From contig OZ024743.1 in the NCBI GenBank assembly GCA_964016885.1, positions 187,488,001-187,552,000 on the forward strand: DNA of 64,000 nucleotides. Reading direction: 5' to 3'. The position numbers and the translations under genes were made by a program. Below, in pieces: positions 13,560-27,588 of the stretch; the first letter of the stretch is position 1; every line of letters starts with the position of its first letter. The notes under the pieces were generated by a model that was not told the origin of the DNA, made no database searches, and saw only the letters and a list, made by a program, of their open reading frames with translations. This DNA comes from Eledone cirrhosa. Taxonomy: Eukaryota.

Positions 13560-13830
13560 AAATATCAACAAGGAGAAACTACACAGGAGAATAAACAATA
13601 CAATATAACGAGGATTATATATTAGTTTAAAGCTATATTAGGAAGAGAGTCTTAATGTTTTAGGCATTAGTCCTTCATTGGAAAATAGAATAAATGAGAG
13701 AAGAAATAAAAAGATAGATGAGAGCAAGAAAAGTGAGAAAACATGAAAAATAATTTTGAAGTGAACCATTTTTGAAGATTGCAAGTCAGAACATGATTCC
13801 TGTATTAAGGATTTACAAGAGGACACTTTG
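13560..13830 (-). mobile_element. Degenerate pLTR-like element with decayed HHR motif
   Basis: Minus strand CCAATGA-A-GGAC-TAAT-GCCT-AAAACATTAAGAC (13649-13681); same family as 3423 and 24464. Confidence 0.4.
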
Positions 13831-16674
13831 TGTGGTTAGAATATATAGATGTATGTGCATGTGCGTGTGTGTGTATAACCAGCTTCTAGATAGTTTCCAG
13901 GGAGGTGTATGGAGTACATCTTTCAGCTTTAGGAAGAAGAATGAGCACAATAAAATGAATTAATTATAGTGTTGTTATAGATTGTAGTTTCTCATGTAAA
14001 TGTAATCTGAATAAACATCAGCCTTTATCATTCTAATCTTTTGTTGTCTTTTTTGTTACTGTTTAGCCAGGGAAAAAAATGAGAGAGAAGGGCAATGCCA
14101 ATAACCTTTATTTTCCAGGGCTTCCATGATTGATGAGGGGAAGGCGAGAAATTATCTCCAGATCACAGAGCCAGCCCAAATGCTTGCAACAGAAAGATCT
14201 TTACTAATGACACCCATGACTGTGTTGAGGTATTAAACTGAGTGACAGATTTAATTTACCACCCAAGAACTCAGAATGTACAGAAGCAGAACACATGACA
14301 CAGGACATCTTGTTTGGTTCTCTAACAGTTTTATCAGTTTATTAGTGTGGACTGCTACTTTATTTTATGAATTCTAAATGGTTAAGAATTAAAGGTGACC
14401 CTATAAGTGTTTGAACTCAGATGGCAGAGATGGAGAACTAATCTAGGATTTTTCTCCTATAATCTGGTGACTCTGTTAATTATCCACCTTACACCAAACA
14501 TATTATATACATACAAAGTTTTTAAGTAATGGCTGTAATGGGCTATGTGACTTATTAATAACTCTAAGTTACTTCTTTATATATAAGTATAGAAGAAATT
14601 AAAATAATTGGAAAAAGGTAAAAAAAGCAAACTTGAGAAAAAAACAACATAATATGAAACAAAATTAAATTCACAAAATAGAAAAACATTTTGAAGCTAT
14701 GCTAAGATGTCTAAATGTTTAAAATTCACCTAGTGACTTTAAATAAACATTATTAAAGTTGAATTCAGTACCTGATTGAATTGATAAAATGAAAGCAATG
14801 GAATTAAAATAGTATTGTAAGAGGTAGTAACACAAGGAAAAAGGAAGAGTTGAAACTTTATTTTCTTAGTTTGTTAATTCTCTTCACATCTACAGATTTT
14901 CAGCTTTCTATGCTAATTATTTTTTCTGGGTTTATACTAAATGAAAATCCTGAAATTTAAAATGGAAAACTAAGAATAAGTTAAGCAAACACAAAAAGAA
15001 AAGAAGTAAACATACACAAACATAACAATAGGTATGTTCATTATGCACAAACTATAATTTTCTATTATAAAGAAATAATTCAAACAAATAAAATATAATA
15101 AATTGCAATAAATATCGTATTGTAAGTTTTCATTTGCGTTTTCTTTTTTATCATGTTGTTTTAGTCACATTCTTTTCTCTAAACTATTATGTGAATATGT
15201 GTTAAATAGCAGATATTGTATTGTGAAGAAAGAATAAGGCAATAAAAACACTCTTATACTACAACATGGATGGGACAAGTAGCCACATCTACACACATAC
15301 TCATTAATTACATATGTTTTATTTGTAGGAACATGTAAAATAAAACAAAATATAAAATAAAATAGTCAAATAAGAATTGAATAACAACTACATCATTAAC
15401 AAAATAATACCAAGATGTAAAAATGTAAGTAATATATAGAAGTGAATTAAATTAAATGTTCTGTCAATTTCTTTTTTGTATGCTTGTCATTATGTGTGAC
15501 AGAGTAAGAGATAGATAGATAGATAGATAGATAGACAGCATGCTAGCATGGAAGATAGGCATTAATTGATGATGATGATGATGATAGATAGGGAGAGAAT
15601 GGGAATACAGTCAACAACCTCAAATCAAAACTAAGATATCTAAAGAAATAGCATAAAAGGTTCAAATTTACTGAAATCTATTGATTCCAAGTAATCTTCT
15701 TAAAAATCTCATCTATGAAGCAGTATATAAAGATCAAGGCAGGGATGAAAATATTTCTTATTTTCTTATATATTTATAGTTTTCCTTGAATGGCTTATTC
15801 CTGACTAAAGAGTGCTCATCAGTACTACTGAAGAAAAACAGAAGGAAAACAAGAAATAAAAACTACAAATAAAACCCATCCCTTTCAAAAACATCAGAAA
15901 AAAACAAACAAAAAAATAGAATGATGGCATAAAATTTAAACAAATAATATATTTGAAAGTACAATGAAAATTTGAGAAAAAAGTGGGGAATGAGTTGAAT
16001 TGAACTGAGAAAAGACAAAAAATATTGCAAAAAAAAAAAAGAATAAAAAAAAAAAATAAATAAATAAAATAAAAAAATGATAATCAAGAAAGGAATTGAA
16101 AGAAACCAATAATAAAAAATATATGAATAAATATATAAATAAATATATAAAATAAGCAAGAAAATAAAAAGAAAGTATAAATGAAAATACAGAAAAAAAA
16201 CAAGAAAATACCAAGAAACTCTCAAACTTTTTCATTGACCACCTCCTCCTCATCTCCATTCTTTGTTCCCTTACAGTACTTCTGTCTTTATATTCTGGTG
16301 TTGCTCTCTCCTTGTGTGTGTGTGTTCACGTGTGTATATATGTGTGTGTGTGTGTGTATGCGCATGTGTGTGTGTTCGTGTATGTGTGCATGACTATGAA
16401 AAGAATTTGGAAGGTAGAATTTAATATTTCCAATAAAGAAGATAAATAACATCATAGCAATGGTATTGTACAGAGGAAACAAGAAATGAAATTCTAATAG
16501 ATATCCAATTATGCTCCTAAACTTTTACTATATTTTGTCTGTTTTGTGTTGGTTTTTATTTTCTATTTTATTTTTGTCTACTTACTTCCCTGCATATATG
16601 TAATAGCTCTTTTGTTTTTGTCCCATCTCACAAGTAAATCAGTCATTCATTCATGTTATGCTGTCATCATTGTA

Positions 16675-16697
16675 TTATAAATACATACATATATATG

Positions 16698-16785
<88 letters not shown>

Positions 16786-16915
16786 CATATATATATATGT
16801 ATATGTGTACGTGTGTATATGTATACATATATATATAAATATATACATATACATATATATATATATATGCATACATACATATATATGCATATACATACAT
16901 ATATATACATATACA

Positions 16916-16962
<47 letters not shown>

Positions 16963-16979
16963 ATATATATATATGTGTA

Positions 16980-17010
<31 letters not shown>

Positions 17011-17011
17011 G

Positions 17012-17087
<76 letters not shown>

Positions 17088-17100
17088 CATATATATATAT
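16675..17100. repeat. Compound (TA)/(TG)/(CA) microsatellite, ~430 bp
   Basis: Visible directly in the sequence; source of many spurious YIYI ORFs. Confidence 0.95.
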
Positions 17101-18006
17101 TGTACTGCCCTCATAAAAAAAAAAAAAAGAGAATTATGTTTTCACCCAACACTAGTTTCTACAGAGTCAAGGTCTACAAGATTTTCTGCTTGATTTATTT
17201 TACATGAAAAAAAAGAGGTGAGTATAATTCCCAAAGGAGAGGATATAATATCTTATCTCACACACTTGTGTGGTAAATGGAGTTAGTTGCTTGACTGAAT
17301 ATATTCAGAAATATTTATCAATTGGTGATCAGTCCAACAGAATACTTCACAAACAAAACTGATACCTTTCACAGACATCTATTTGAACTGAGCAACCAAT
17401 GGAAAAAAACCTGTCATGTATACCCATATAACACCACAAGCTTCCAGTAGTGAATGCACAGATGCATAATAATGCATCTAAAGCACCACCTACATCCACT
17501 GTTATTCCAACATTTTAACCTATCTACATGTCTGTAACTGTTCTCCACACCCATATAATCACATATAACTAATACATCTTACATCCATATAGCTTATACC
17601 ATGTGCTTCTAAGATCAATCACACAGTCACAAATGCATACACATTTGACAAAGATTTCCCAATTTGAAACAGAGCTACCTCTCTTAGTAAACAAGTTGAA
17701 AACATTTTTGATGTCATGACAAACGTGACTTTATAATGGTAACTCATTCAGACTTTTAACTGCGCCTGATGAAAGCTGTCTAAATTTTCTATTGCTCCTC
17801 CATGCGTTCTGCACCACCAATGTACTCTGGCGGCCATACCTAGACCTTAAAACCTTAGGTAGCACAATATATGATACATTTATGAATATTAATATATACT
17901 AAATTAACTCTCGTTCACTAGATTGAACACCTTTTTCTATATTCTTTCCCATGGACATTTTTGCTGCATATACATACACACACATGTACACACACATATA
18001 TATATA

Positions 18007-18708
18007 TGTAGATATACAGGGAAAATTGGCAGAAGTAATCGCAGTGATAGACACATTTTTCCAATACAAGTGGTTTCTATAGAAGTAGTTGATAGCTTCC
18101 GGTACCTGGGTGATCAGATTAGCATGGGAGGTGGTGTTCCGAGGCCATAGTATCTAGAATAAGGACAGGTTGGAAGAAGTTTAGGGAGCTGCTTCCTCTG
18201 TTGACAAAGAAGGGTTTCTCCCTGCGTATGAAAGGACGGTTATATGATGCCTATGTGAGATGTGTGATGCTGCATGGTAGTGTGACACGGGCAGCAACGG
18301 CAGAGGATATGCAACGGCTGGAGAGAAATGAAGCAAGTATGCTCCGTTGGATGTGCAATGTCAATGTGCGTGAGCGACCAAGCATAGACGAGTTGAGAAA
18401 GAAAGTGGTTTAAGAGGGATAAGTTGTGGTGTGCAGGAGAGAAGGCTGAGATTGTATGGACATGTGATGTGCATGGAGGATGACCGCTGGGTAAAGAAGT
18501 GCCAAGAAATCCCAGTTGAAGGAAGACACAGTAGAAGTAGACCATGAAAAACATGGGCGGAGGTGGTGAGAGCAGACTTCAGATCGCTGAAACTCACGGA
18601 GGAGATGACAAGGGACCGTGACAAGTGGAGAGATGCTGTGCTGAATAGAACCCGCCAAACCCTTGCAAGCAGGGAAAAGTGGACGTAAAATGATGATGAT
18701 GATGATGA
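18007..18708 (+). mobile_element. RTE LINE family B, 5'-truncated and frameshifted
   Basis: IEVVDSFRYLGDQISMGGG and KGFSLRMKGRLYDA; (GAT)n tail; clearly homologous to 38026-38917. Confidence 0.9.
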
Positions 18709-18733
18709 TATATATATATATACTTATATATAT

Positions 18734-18899
18734 ATCATCATCATCATTTAACGCCCATTTTCCATGGTAGCATGGGTTAGAGGGTTTTGTTCCATTTGAT
18801 GCGGGAATGGTCGGGAGACCGTGTCTCACTTGCACGGAAGTGTCTCTGGCAGGTTTTTTACAGCTGGATGCCCTTCGTAACACCAACCACATTTACAGT
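18734..18899 (-). mobile_element. RTE-tail SINE family 1 fragment, tail-to-tail with the preceding LINE
   Basis: (CAT)n TTTAACG...CATGGGTTAG...GGATGCCCTTC...ACCAACCAC. Confidence 0.75.
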
Positions 18900-19196
18900 A
18901 TATATATATATATATATATACTTATTTATATGTGTACATTTATCAAAATTACATTTAGAAAAAAATGAAACATGCAACAAACAAAAAAAGCATCTGGTTT
19001 TCTTCAGCCATACCTGGGCAATACAGTTTTGTGCATAAGAGTGTGATTGTGTAATACTGAGCCTGAGTTGCATACGGATGGGATAACACAACGATGCAGA
19101 AACAGAGGACACCAATAGAGTGTCTTTTGACGTGGACAGCAAAGAGAATACATAAACAAATGAGAATGACAAGATTTATAATTGGAAACAGGAATC

Positions 19197-19255
<59 letters not shown>

Positions 19256-20130
19256 CAGAGATCTATACATGTGTGCATATCTGTGTGTCTGTTTCTCTGT
19301 ATGTGTATGCCATATCTTATTTTTATAGAATGATTAAGATATAGAGATCCTATTATATCATTAGGAGAATTTGATAGCTTTAAAGTATGAAACTTAATTG
19401 AAAACCACTGTTATTAAAAATGGTGATATCAATAAAACAACATTAACCACAAGCTGGTTATATACCCTAAAATGAAATATATCTCTTTTTAAAGTGGTTC
19501 ATCTCAGTACAATCATCCATAATTTTAGTCCAAGATATAGAATAAAAAGCTATATTTTAATCATAATGAATTATCACAGAATGTGGATGTCAAATGGCTG
19601 AATGGTCCCCAGGTTTGATCCCACTATGTGTCATCAGAGACAAGTATCATTTACCATCACCTCATCAAGTGGGCAGTAGCTGTAATTTAAAGCACCAGCT
19701 TTATCACAATCTGTATCACACTGAATCACTGTCTGTGGAATGCTCAGCCACAAACACATTAGTAATAATAACTGGCTGTCACATTGATCAAACAACTGGA
19801 ACACACATCATGGAAACCAATGCAGGTCCATCAATGTCTGAATACACTCGGAGACATTTATAAGCAGTAAATCTTACATATCACTACTGAATCTTTAACT
19901 AAAAACTATGAAAAAGCTGCACAATGAGAAGTTAGATACTTGTACAATATTTTGACATTCTCCAAAATGTCACTCAGGTGTATGAAAGGTCAAATTGTTA
20001 GGTATATAGCATAGCCAAATATTGTAGCTAAGAATGAAAATACCCAATTTGCAGACAACTATAGACCTATTGTTTGCTTATATATAAGCTGCACACAAGC
20101 TGCTGTTTATTGTGAGTTCAACAAGATAGG

Positions 20131-20324
20131 TAATAATTGTTTCTACTTTTGGCACAAGGCCAGCAATTACCCAGTACATTACTGGTACTTTATTTTATCG
20201 ACCCCGTAAGGATGAAAGGCAAAGTTAACCTCGGCGGGATTTGAACTCAGACCATAAAGGGACGTAACTATGCTAGAATGCATGGTGTCCGACCCCTCCA
20301 CTGATACTGCCAATTCACCGCCTT
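20131..20324 (-). mobile_element. SINE family 2, full length
   Basis: Reverse complement of the 4411-4601 family. Confidence 0.85.
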
Positions 20325-20487
20325 AATGAAATGAAGAGTGTGTGGGGATATGCCAAACAATTCTTAATGCTACCTGAAATAAAATGATTTTAAAAAATGC
20401 ATTGAAAAAGCATGTGATAATATATTTTGATTATAAAAAGATATTTAGCTCTATTCCTTTGTCATAGTTGATGGTGCTGGTTTCTCT

Positions 20488-20657
20488 ACGAGGGTCAGCT
20501 GAAAAGTTTATAGGCTAACCAAGATACTCTCATAGAATTACCAAATAAGGTTTATTTGTCAACACAGTCCCTGGAAAGAAACAATTCAATTATTAATAAG
20601 AAAAGTTGAAATTAATACATGCAATATTTCATGGTTCTAGCATCTCTCCTTCATAGT
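20488..20657 (+). mobile_element. Mariner-type MITE lacking right TIR
   Basis: Starts TACGAGGGTCAGCTGAAAAGTT; direct homologue of 20841-21010. Confidence 0.7.
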
Positions 20658-20840
20658 ATAACACATTAGGTAAAATAATTCAAAAGGGATATTTCAAGGG
20701 GATAGATAGTGCACTTCTATTTACTTTTGGCATTTTATCCATTGTCATTTGTTTTACAGAGTCCAATGATAATATGCCAGGTTCTTTAGCTGCAAAGAAC
20801 CCATATTTCCTTTTCTGATTAAAAGATCTAAAATGAAAAT

Positions 20841-21040
20841 ACAAGGGTCGGCTGAAAATTCATAGGCTGACCAAGATACTCTCATGAAATGACCAAATGA
20901 GGTTTAATTTTCAACATAGTCACTGGAAAGAAACAATGTAGTTATTAACAAGAAGAGTTGAAATTAATGCATGCAAAATTTCACAGCTCTAGCATCCATC
21001 TTTCATAGTCAGCCAATGAACTTTTCAGCTGGCCCTCATA
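20841..21040 (+). mobile_element. Complete Tc1/mariner-type MITE
   Basis: TA-CAAGGGTCGGCTGAAAATTCATAGGCTGAC ... GTCAGCCAATGAACTTTTCAGCTGGCCCTCA-TA: ~30-bp TIRs and TA target duplication. Confidence 0.8.
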
Positions 21041-21049
21041 TATACAATG

Positions 21050-21130
21050 ATGAGAAACAGCTGGATTTAGTCACAAGACTTTCAACTGATATAAGGATGG
21101 GATTTTGGCTAGCGGAATCTTTCATATATT
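21050..21130 (+). mobile_element. Small R4/Dong-like RT fragment
   Basis: Translates EKQLDLVTRLSTDIRMGF, resembling KKNLDLVTTFSKDVGMEF in the 41591-42340 ORF. Confidence 0.5.
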
Positions 21131-21153
21131 ATAGTCAAACATATGAAAACCAC

Positions 21154-21410
21154 TTAACCCTTTTGTTACCATATTTTTAATGAAATAAACTGCTCATGTG
21201 TTTTAATAAATTTGGAAAATAATCAAATATTTGGAGGAATTTAATAAAATAAATAACTTTTTCATTAATATGTTGTTTAAAACATTACTTAACAAGAATT
21301 TCGGAAATAAGATTATGATGCAATGATTTAATATGAAGATAAACTAAAATGTGCAGTTTATCATCATAAATCCAGGGTGGTTTCAGGCAGTTTGGTATCA
21401 GAAGCATTAA
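21154..21410. mobile_element. TTAA-flanked piggyBac-type MITE, family b
   Basis: TTAACCCTTTTGTTACC ... GGTATCAGAAGCATTAA; opposite-orientation homologue at 47195-47449. Confidence 0.55.
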
Positions 21411-21583
21411 CAAAAGGAAAAACATCAATGGTTTCTCTATCTCCCTGTTCTACCTAAGGAGCTCTATAAATACTTAACTACTAGTGAAATTGTATTAGAT
21501 AAAACATAGTGATAAAAGTGTCTAGGCACTATCTATGAAGAAACAATGGGAGAAGGCTTGTAAGATCAATCCAAATTACTTTG

Positions 21584-21800
21584 GGGTGTCATATGGTATC
21601 ATTGGAGTGTCACGTGGTGTCTTATGGTTTCATTGCAGTGTGGTGTCATAGCAGTGGTGTGTCATATAGAATCAGTGTGTTGCCATATGTTATCTCTGGG
21701 TTGAGATACAGCATAATTGTGTTGCCATATGTTATCACTGGAGTATTATATGGTATATTTGCAGCGTCATATGATATCGTTGGAGTATCATATGGTATTC
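21584..21800. repeat. Degenerate ~21-bp minisatellite
   Basis: About ten diverged GTGTCATATGGTATCATTGGA-like units. Confidence 0.8.
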
Positions 21801-21823
21801 AAGCAGCATCTGCAAAACAATAT

Positions 21824-22038
21824 TTACCCTTTAGCATTAAAGCAGGCCATATCTGGTCAGAATTCTCTCACCTCTTTCTATTGAAGCCAGCTGTAACTGA
21901 CCACTCATACTGATGTTAAAGTATTGTTTTCAAAATAAATAATATCAAAATATTATGTGAGATAATTATGTAAGGTAAAGCCTTTATCAGGAAAATAAAA
22001 TAGTAAATACAGAGTAATGTAAATGCAAAAGGGTTAAA
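21824..22038. mobile_element. piggyBac-type MITE, family a
   Basis: CCCTTTAGCATT ... AATGCAAAAGGG-TTAA; homologues at 60116 and 60437. Confidence 0.75.
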
Positions 22039-23716
22039 AAACAAATATATAAACCTTGTTCTCAAAAGTGAAGGCATCAACATTATATAAGTTGGAAGAA
22101 ATACCACTATGCTTGCCAACAAAATATTACAGATGAGTACGCAACCCAGAAAATTAACAAATATGCTTATATCCACACAATGTCTTACATCTCTAGACTT
22201 TAACATAAAGTTAGATTTCAAATATTGATGTATTTTTGTAATTCAAAATCTGCTAATTAATCACCAAGTTTAGCAATTCCACCTAGTCCTTGCTATCTTT
22301 AGCAGATTTCACTCTGTTGCAAATGTTTGGGGCAGGCCTTTAGTCTAGATAATGTTCTAGCTTCCTCTCTTTTTTACCCAACTATAACTTATGTTACTAA
22401 AAGAGTTACTGTATTTTCCTTATCTGACTGAGCAAAGAAAAAATATATATGTTGAACAAAAGAGACAATGAGACATATACCTATTGTGTGACCATAACCC
22501 TATGAAAATGTGGTACGGTACCATTGTGCTTTAATTATTAACAAAAAAATCAATATTTATGAGTTAGTGAAATAGCTTTGTACTCAATCATAAAAGACAA
22601 ATATACAATTATTGAAAATTTTCATATAGCAATGAAATTTTAGTCCAAGATTTGACTTTAAATTTGAACACTTTATCAAGGTTGGTTTGGTATGATTTTA
22701 CCGTAAGGGGCTAAACTGTCAAGATAGTATTACATTACTGCATAGGAAAATTGTACAATATACAATCAATTAGACATGCAATCTCTCAATTTATTTGATA
22801 TAATGAACTTTCACAGAGTCAATTCTGTTTCAAGCATTTTGTGCAGGCCTCTGCTCAATAGATAATTTGATACTGTGGTGCACCACATCCTACTGTAGCA
22901 TCTAATAAATTACCTCCTGTTCATCCCATTCAATACATCAGTCTGAAATGTTATGTAAAAGGTCTTGCTATTCGGTTTCCTTCATTATTAAAATACCATT
23001 CATAGGAAGGATTCCTCTGGCATAAATACAATAAAAGAATTCTGATGTTGAGTATACTCATGAATTCCAGCACAAGAAATATTGGTGGAAGATTCTCATC
23101 AAAATATAGCATGTTGGATGGATGTATTTATTTATGAGAGAAAACAAAATCTATCTATTGTTGTGGAAATCAACATTCAAATTTAGTAAGAAGTACACGA
23201 AGACCGCAAATCATGAATTTAAATGTGTACCTATAATAATTGCCCCACTTGGTTATGCTTTCTCTTCTCTTTTATCTGTAACTGTGGATGGAGTTGCATG
23301 GGTGCCATAGTGATATATAAGATGTCTTGGGTACTTTAAACCAGGTGGAGATCGATCCGACTCCTGTCCTGGTCTGAACACAAACGATTTCTTGAAGAAA
23401 AAAAGAGCAAGTGAGAAAGAAAGGAAGTGAAAAAGAGATATAGAGAAAGAATTGACCCCAGTACTGGACTCGTACATATTTTATCAACTTTGAAATGAAG
23501 AAAGGCAAAGAGAGAGAGAGAGAGAGAGACTGAGAGAGATGGGGAGGGGGGGGGGAGAGAATGTGTGTATATAAACAGTATCTCAAACAAAACATTAAAT
23601 ACGTCGCATAATGATATAAGGATGTAATATTGATATACTACTGCAAATACAAATTAATTTTCGTTTCTAAATCTAATCTAATCATTTATGTGTCAGTGGG
23701 TATGTATATGTGTATG

Positions 23717-23765
<49 letters not shown>

Positions 23766-24359
23766 GTGTATATATATATATATATATGTAAATTTCTCTC
23801 TCTTTTTTCTCACTCTCTCTCTCTTTCTCCCCCTTTCTCTTTATATATATATATATACATGGAAAATAGATGTTAAATGATGATGACAATGATGATGTAT
23901 GCACATACATTTTAGAATATATTACTGTATGCATAGTAGATACATAATTAAATAAAATATATAAATGTACATTTAAAACATGTTCTGATGTATATCATAT
24001 ATGCAATGTTCACAAAAATGCCAATATATTTAGACAACATCATTAAATATATCAGCTGAAATCTTTGAGTCTATGCTAGATGTTCAATATATCTCCTTAC
24101 TTGTATGTCAGCACAAGTCTAAATCAAATGGAAGATACATGACTATACTAATCTATTCTGACATATGTTCACATTCTGTCAGTTGTAGAAAGCTTAATAC
24201 CTATTCAATAATAGCTCTTCCTCTAGATTTTGTTCTATGTATGTAGGCCATGAAAAATAGGAAAAAAGAGACATTTTACAAACATGTTAACAAAACACTG
24301 CAAGAAAACACTTGCAACAACAACCATATACACAAGGAGAGTATGCATGGATTTATTTT

Positions 24360-24590
24360 TCCTTCCAAAATGGCTAACTGAAAACACACGTGCTTTTTCT
24401 CAAAATATATTTTTTTCTGTTCCTTTTTCATTCTCTCTCTTCCTATTTCATTTTCTGTATCTTCTGATGAAGGACCAGTGTCCGAAACATAAAGACTATT
24501 TTTCTACTATATCAAGGTTTAAATTAATTTATTTCTTCATTGTACTCTGTTGTTTCCTTTGTTGTTTCCATTTTTTTTTGTTGAAAATAT
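24360..24590 (+). mobile_element. PLE pLTR-like short element with HHR-like motif
   Basis: TCTT-CTGATGA-A-GGAC-CAGT-GTCC-GAAA-CATA-AAGA (24460-24495): stem I TCTT/AAGA and perfect stem II. Confidence 0.6.
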
Positions 24591-24660
24591 ATATATATAT
24601 GTATACTGAAATGGATATAGAAATTAAAGAATGGATTTAAGTTGTTAAACTTGGTCTTCC

Positions 24661-24717
<57 letters not shown>

Positions 24718-24722
<5 letters not shown>

Positions 24723-24930
24723 GAAGGAGTTTTGGGAAGGAACCAGATGGACCATAACGCACCAGTGTACTCAATACTTATGGTAGTAGAGTGGGTAATA
24801 GGAAAATGTATGACCCCGACGGCAGAGCTCAAGCCGTTTCGACAGCTATTTCTGGACTAAATTCAATTAGTTCAGAAATAGCCATCGAAACGGCTTGAGC
24901 TCTGCCGTCGGGGTCATACATTTTCCTATA
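24718..24930 (-). mobile_element. (TA)n-flanked element with terminal fold-back (arms 24798-24860/24867-24929)
   Basis: Near-perfect ~63-bp inverted repeat plus a unique tail; homologous to 56613-56815. Confidence 0.85.
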
Positions 24931-25804
24931 TATATATATGTAAAAGGTAAACAGAAATACCAACACAATCAGTACAGTATATGGTTAACGCTTCAAATAG
25001 CAGGAAGAGGGTCTTAACGTTTCAGACGCTAGTCCTACATATATATATTATATAATAAGTAACATAAATATGACAACATCACAGTTAGAGGATCAACATT
25101 TATTATTCAATTGGCATGTGTTTCGCTAACTTACAAATGAACAAGATCTGGAAAAGCTAATCTGAGGGGATTTATCAGAGTATTCAATTTCCCCTATTTT
25201 GTATCATCCAGTAAGTCTGCTTGATGGAAAAAATAACAATGTTTGTTATTTACCCTGACGAAATCTGATCACTACTATATTCTCTCTCTCTCTCTCTGTA
25301 TATATATATATATATATATATATTACAGTCTAACCTGTATGGTAGTAATGCTGATAATACGACATAAAGCACCCAGTCTACCTTGTAAGCTTGTTGTACT
25401 GGTAACATGGAAACACAACAAAAATCTCTCATCATCATCATCATCATCATCTTCGTTTAACGTCCATCATCCACGCTATCATGGTTTGCTAATAGGTGGT
25501 CTTTTTTGTGAAACAACAAAAACCACCAAGATTCCTATGGTTGAATGTTATTCTTAACTCCAACCATTTTATTGTGCACCAGCACTACCAATTTACAACA
25601 GTGCTAGGGCCATCTATATCCTTGCCCAAGCTGGAAAATGCAGTGATAGTTGTTGGGGTGAGTTGAGAACATAGGTGGAAGCTACAATCATTGAGTTGTT
25701 GGAGTGGTGGCCTTTAAATAGTAAATATCTGTGCAGTTTTTGACGTGTGAGTATTGTATATACATATTATAATAATATTTTTTTCTTTTGTGTTTGCTTA
25801 ATTA

Positions 25805-26122
25805 CTTGTGTGTATGTGTATGTGCATATGCATTCATTTATATGGTCGAGTATATAAATATAAATGCACAAACACAGACACACTTACAAAAATACTCACT
25901 CACTGACATACATTCACACACGTACACAAACACATACATTTACATAAACACACACATACATATACACCCACATACAGTGTAGCAAATGGAATGCCAGCCG
26001 CTGTTTTGCTCTAGTTTTTTCACCGTCATCATCCTTCTTTTAGACACACATACATTCACAAAAACACACACATACACATTGTGTGACGGATGGACAGAAG
26101 TCGCTCAGATTTGTATATTGAT
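25805..26122 (-). mobile_element. Putative non-autonomous Helitron 5' portion
   Basis: Minus strand starts A|TCAATATACAAA...CTGTCCATCCGTC; homologue at 51915-52214; 3' CTAG end not found. Confidence 0.45.
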
Positions 26123-26679
26123 ATATAATCAATTAGGTGAAGCTAACTAAAATGCATATGCTATTAGTGTATGTATAGATTGATTGATGTTTACTCTACT
26201 CTTTAAAGCTCATTTAATCACTTTCATATTTTCATTGGTTGTTTCATCCCATCTTCAATGTTATATATTTTTTCTCAAAAATAGCTGACTATATATAGTG
26301 AGAATTTAGGATATTACAAGATTTGTCATCTCCAAACAATATTTACTTTACTTAAACTCAAAGAGCAGCATTTTTAGGGGATGTCTCCATCTCAAAACCG
26401 TAACTAAGTGGAAATATTCAACAAATTCGATTGAATTTCAACCACCTTAATTTGATTTATATACTTCCATAATATCTTTTCATTTACTTTCTCTTTTCAG
26501 ACTTACATAATATAATACACTTTCTATACTACTCTAGTCCATACCTTAATAAATATTACCATCTCTGTATTACATTCCAATAAATATTGGAATAGTTTAC
26601 AAAAATATGAAAGTGGTTGATCTCAAAATTCAAATTTATATCTTGGAGTTATTTCCCTTGTTATATTACATTATCTTAT

Positions 26680-26825
26680 GGATTGGCAGTATCGGTAGAG
26701 CATCGGACAAAATGCTTTGCAGCATAGAGTTACGGTCCTTGCCATTCTGAGTTCAAATCCTGTCGAGGTTAACTTTGCCTTTCATCCTTACAGGGTTGAT
26801 AAAATAAAATAATTGTTGGCCTTAG
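26680..26825 (+). mobile_element. SINE family 2 with internal deletion
   Basis: GGATTGGCAGTATCGGTAG ... GCCTTTCATCCTTACAGGG. Confidence 0.75.
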
Positions 26826-26989
26826 CAAAATCTACTTTTAACAGTATCTTATGAACTCATAGAAGTGCCTGAAGAAAGGTCACTAATGTGATGCCTCTTG
26901 TATTCAGTAGGCATGGTTTAATTTTGGCCTTGAAAACTTGGGTAGTGCCTTTGTTCCGTGTATGAACATTACTAAATAATATAATATAT

Positions 26990-27162
26990 ATCATCGTCGA
27001 TTAACATCTATCTTTCATGCTAGAATGCTTTAAATGGGTTTGTCCCAATTAGAGGCAAGTTGGGTTGGGTGACCATATCTCGCTCATATAGGGGAGGTTC
27101 CGTCTCATTTTCTAGGGCAGGATGCAACATTTACAGTGTGTGCTGAATACTTTTTGTTGTGT
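26990..27162 (-). mobile_element. RTE-tail SINE family 1 fragment
   Basis: Similar to 9745-9960. Confidence 0.65.
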
Positions 27163-27174
27163 CAATTGGACGAT

Positions 27175-27210
<36 letters not shown>

Positions 27211-27588
27211 GTGCAGGGCCATGGAAATATTGGGTTTGGTACATGAGCACACATTTAGCCCATCATGAGTGAAAGACCCCTAATTCTTGATAGGACATTA
27301 TTCTAGGAGAAGGAATCACTGATGTAAAATATGTGACTTAATGGCAGCCAATGATATTGACTTGTTCTTTTTGGATACCTGTCACCATTGTTCAGAGACT
27401 GAAATTTTTTCAGTGCAAAGCCATTTCTCACTTAAAAAAGCTTGTAGCACAGGTGTCACTTGATTTAAATGACTGTCACATGTGTTGTATGAACATTGCC
27501 TTTACAATTTTCTTTCACTGAAGCATATGCAGGGCTAAACAGTCATGTTCCTGCCACCTATGTATGAGAAAATCTGCAGCCACTCATT

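Noticed and set aside
15830-16225. A-rich tract giving F/L/I-rich membrane-like ORFs
   Set aside because: Low-complexity strand-biased sequence with no family motif.
16653-17207. Overlapping 120-150-aa ORFs rich in YI/HT/CV (also 56029-56614 and 62007-63300)
   Set aside because: They are translations of dinucleotide microsatellites, not genes.
25115-25175. Minus-strand HHR (stem + GAAACACAT)
   Set aside because: The CUGANGA half is not recognisable; too decayed to call.
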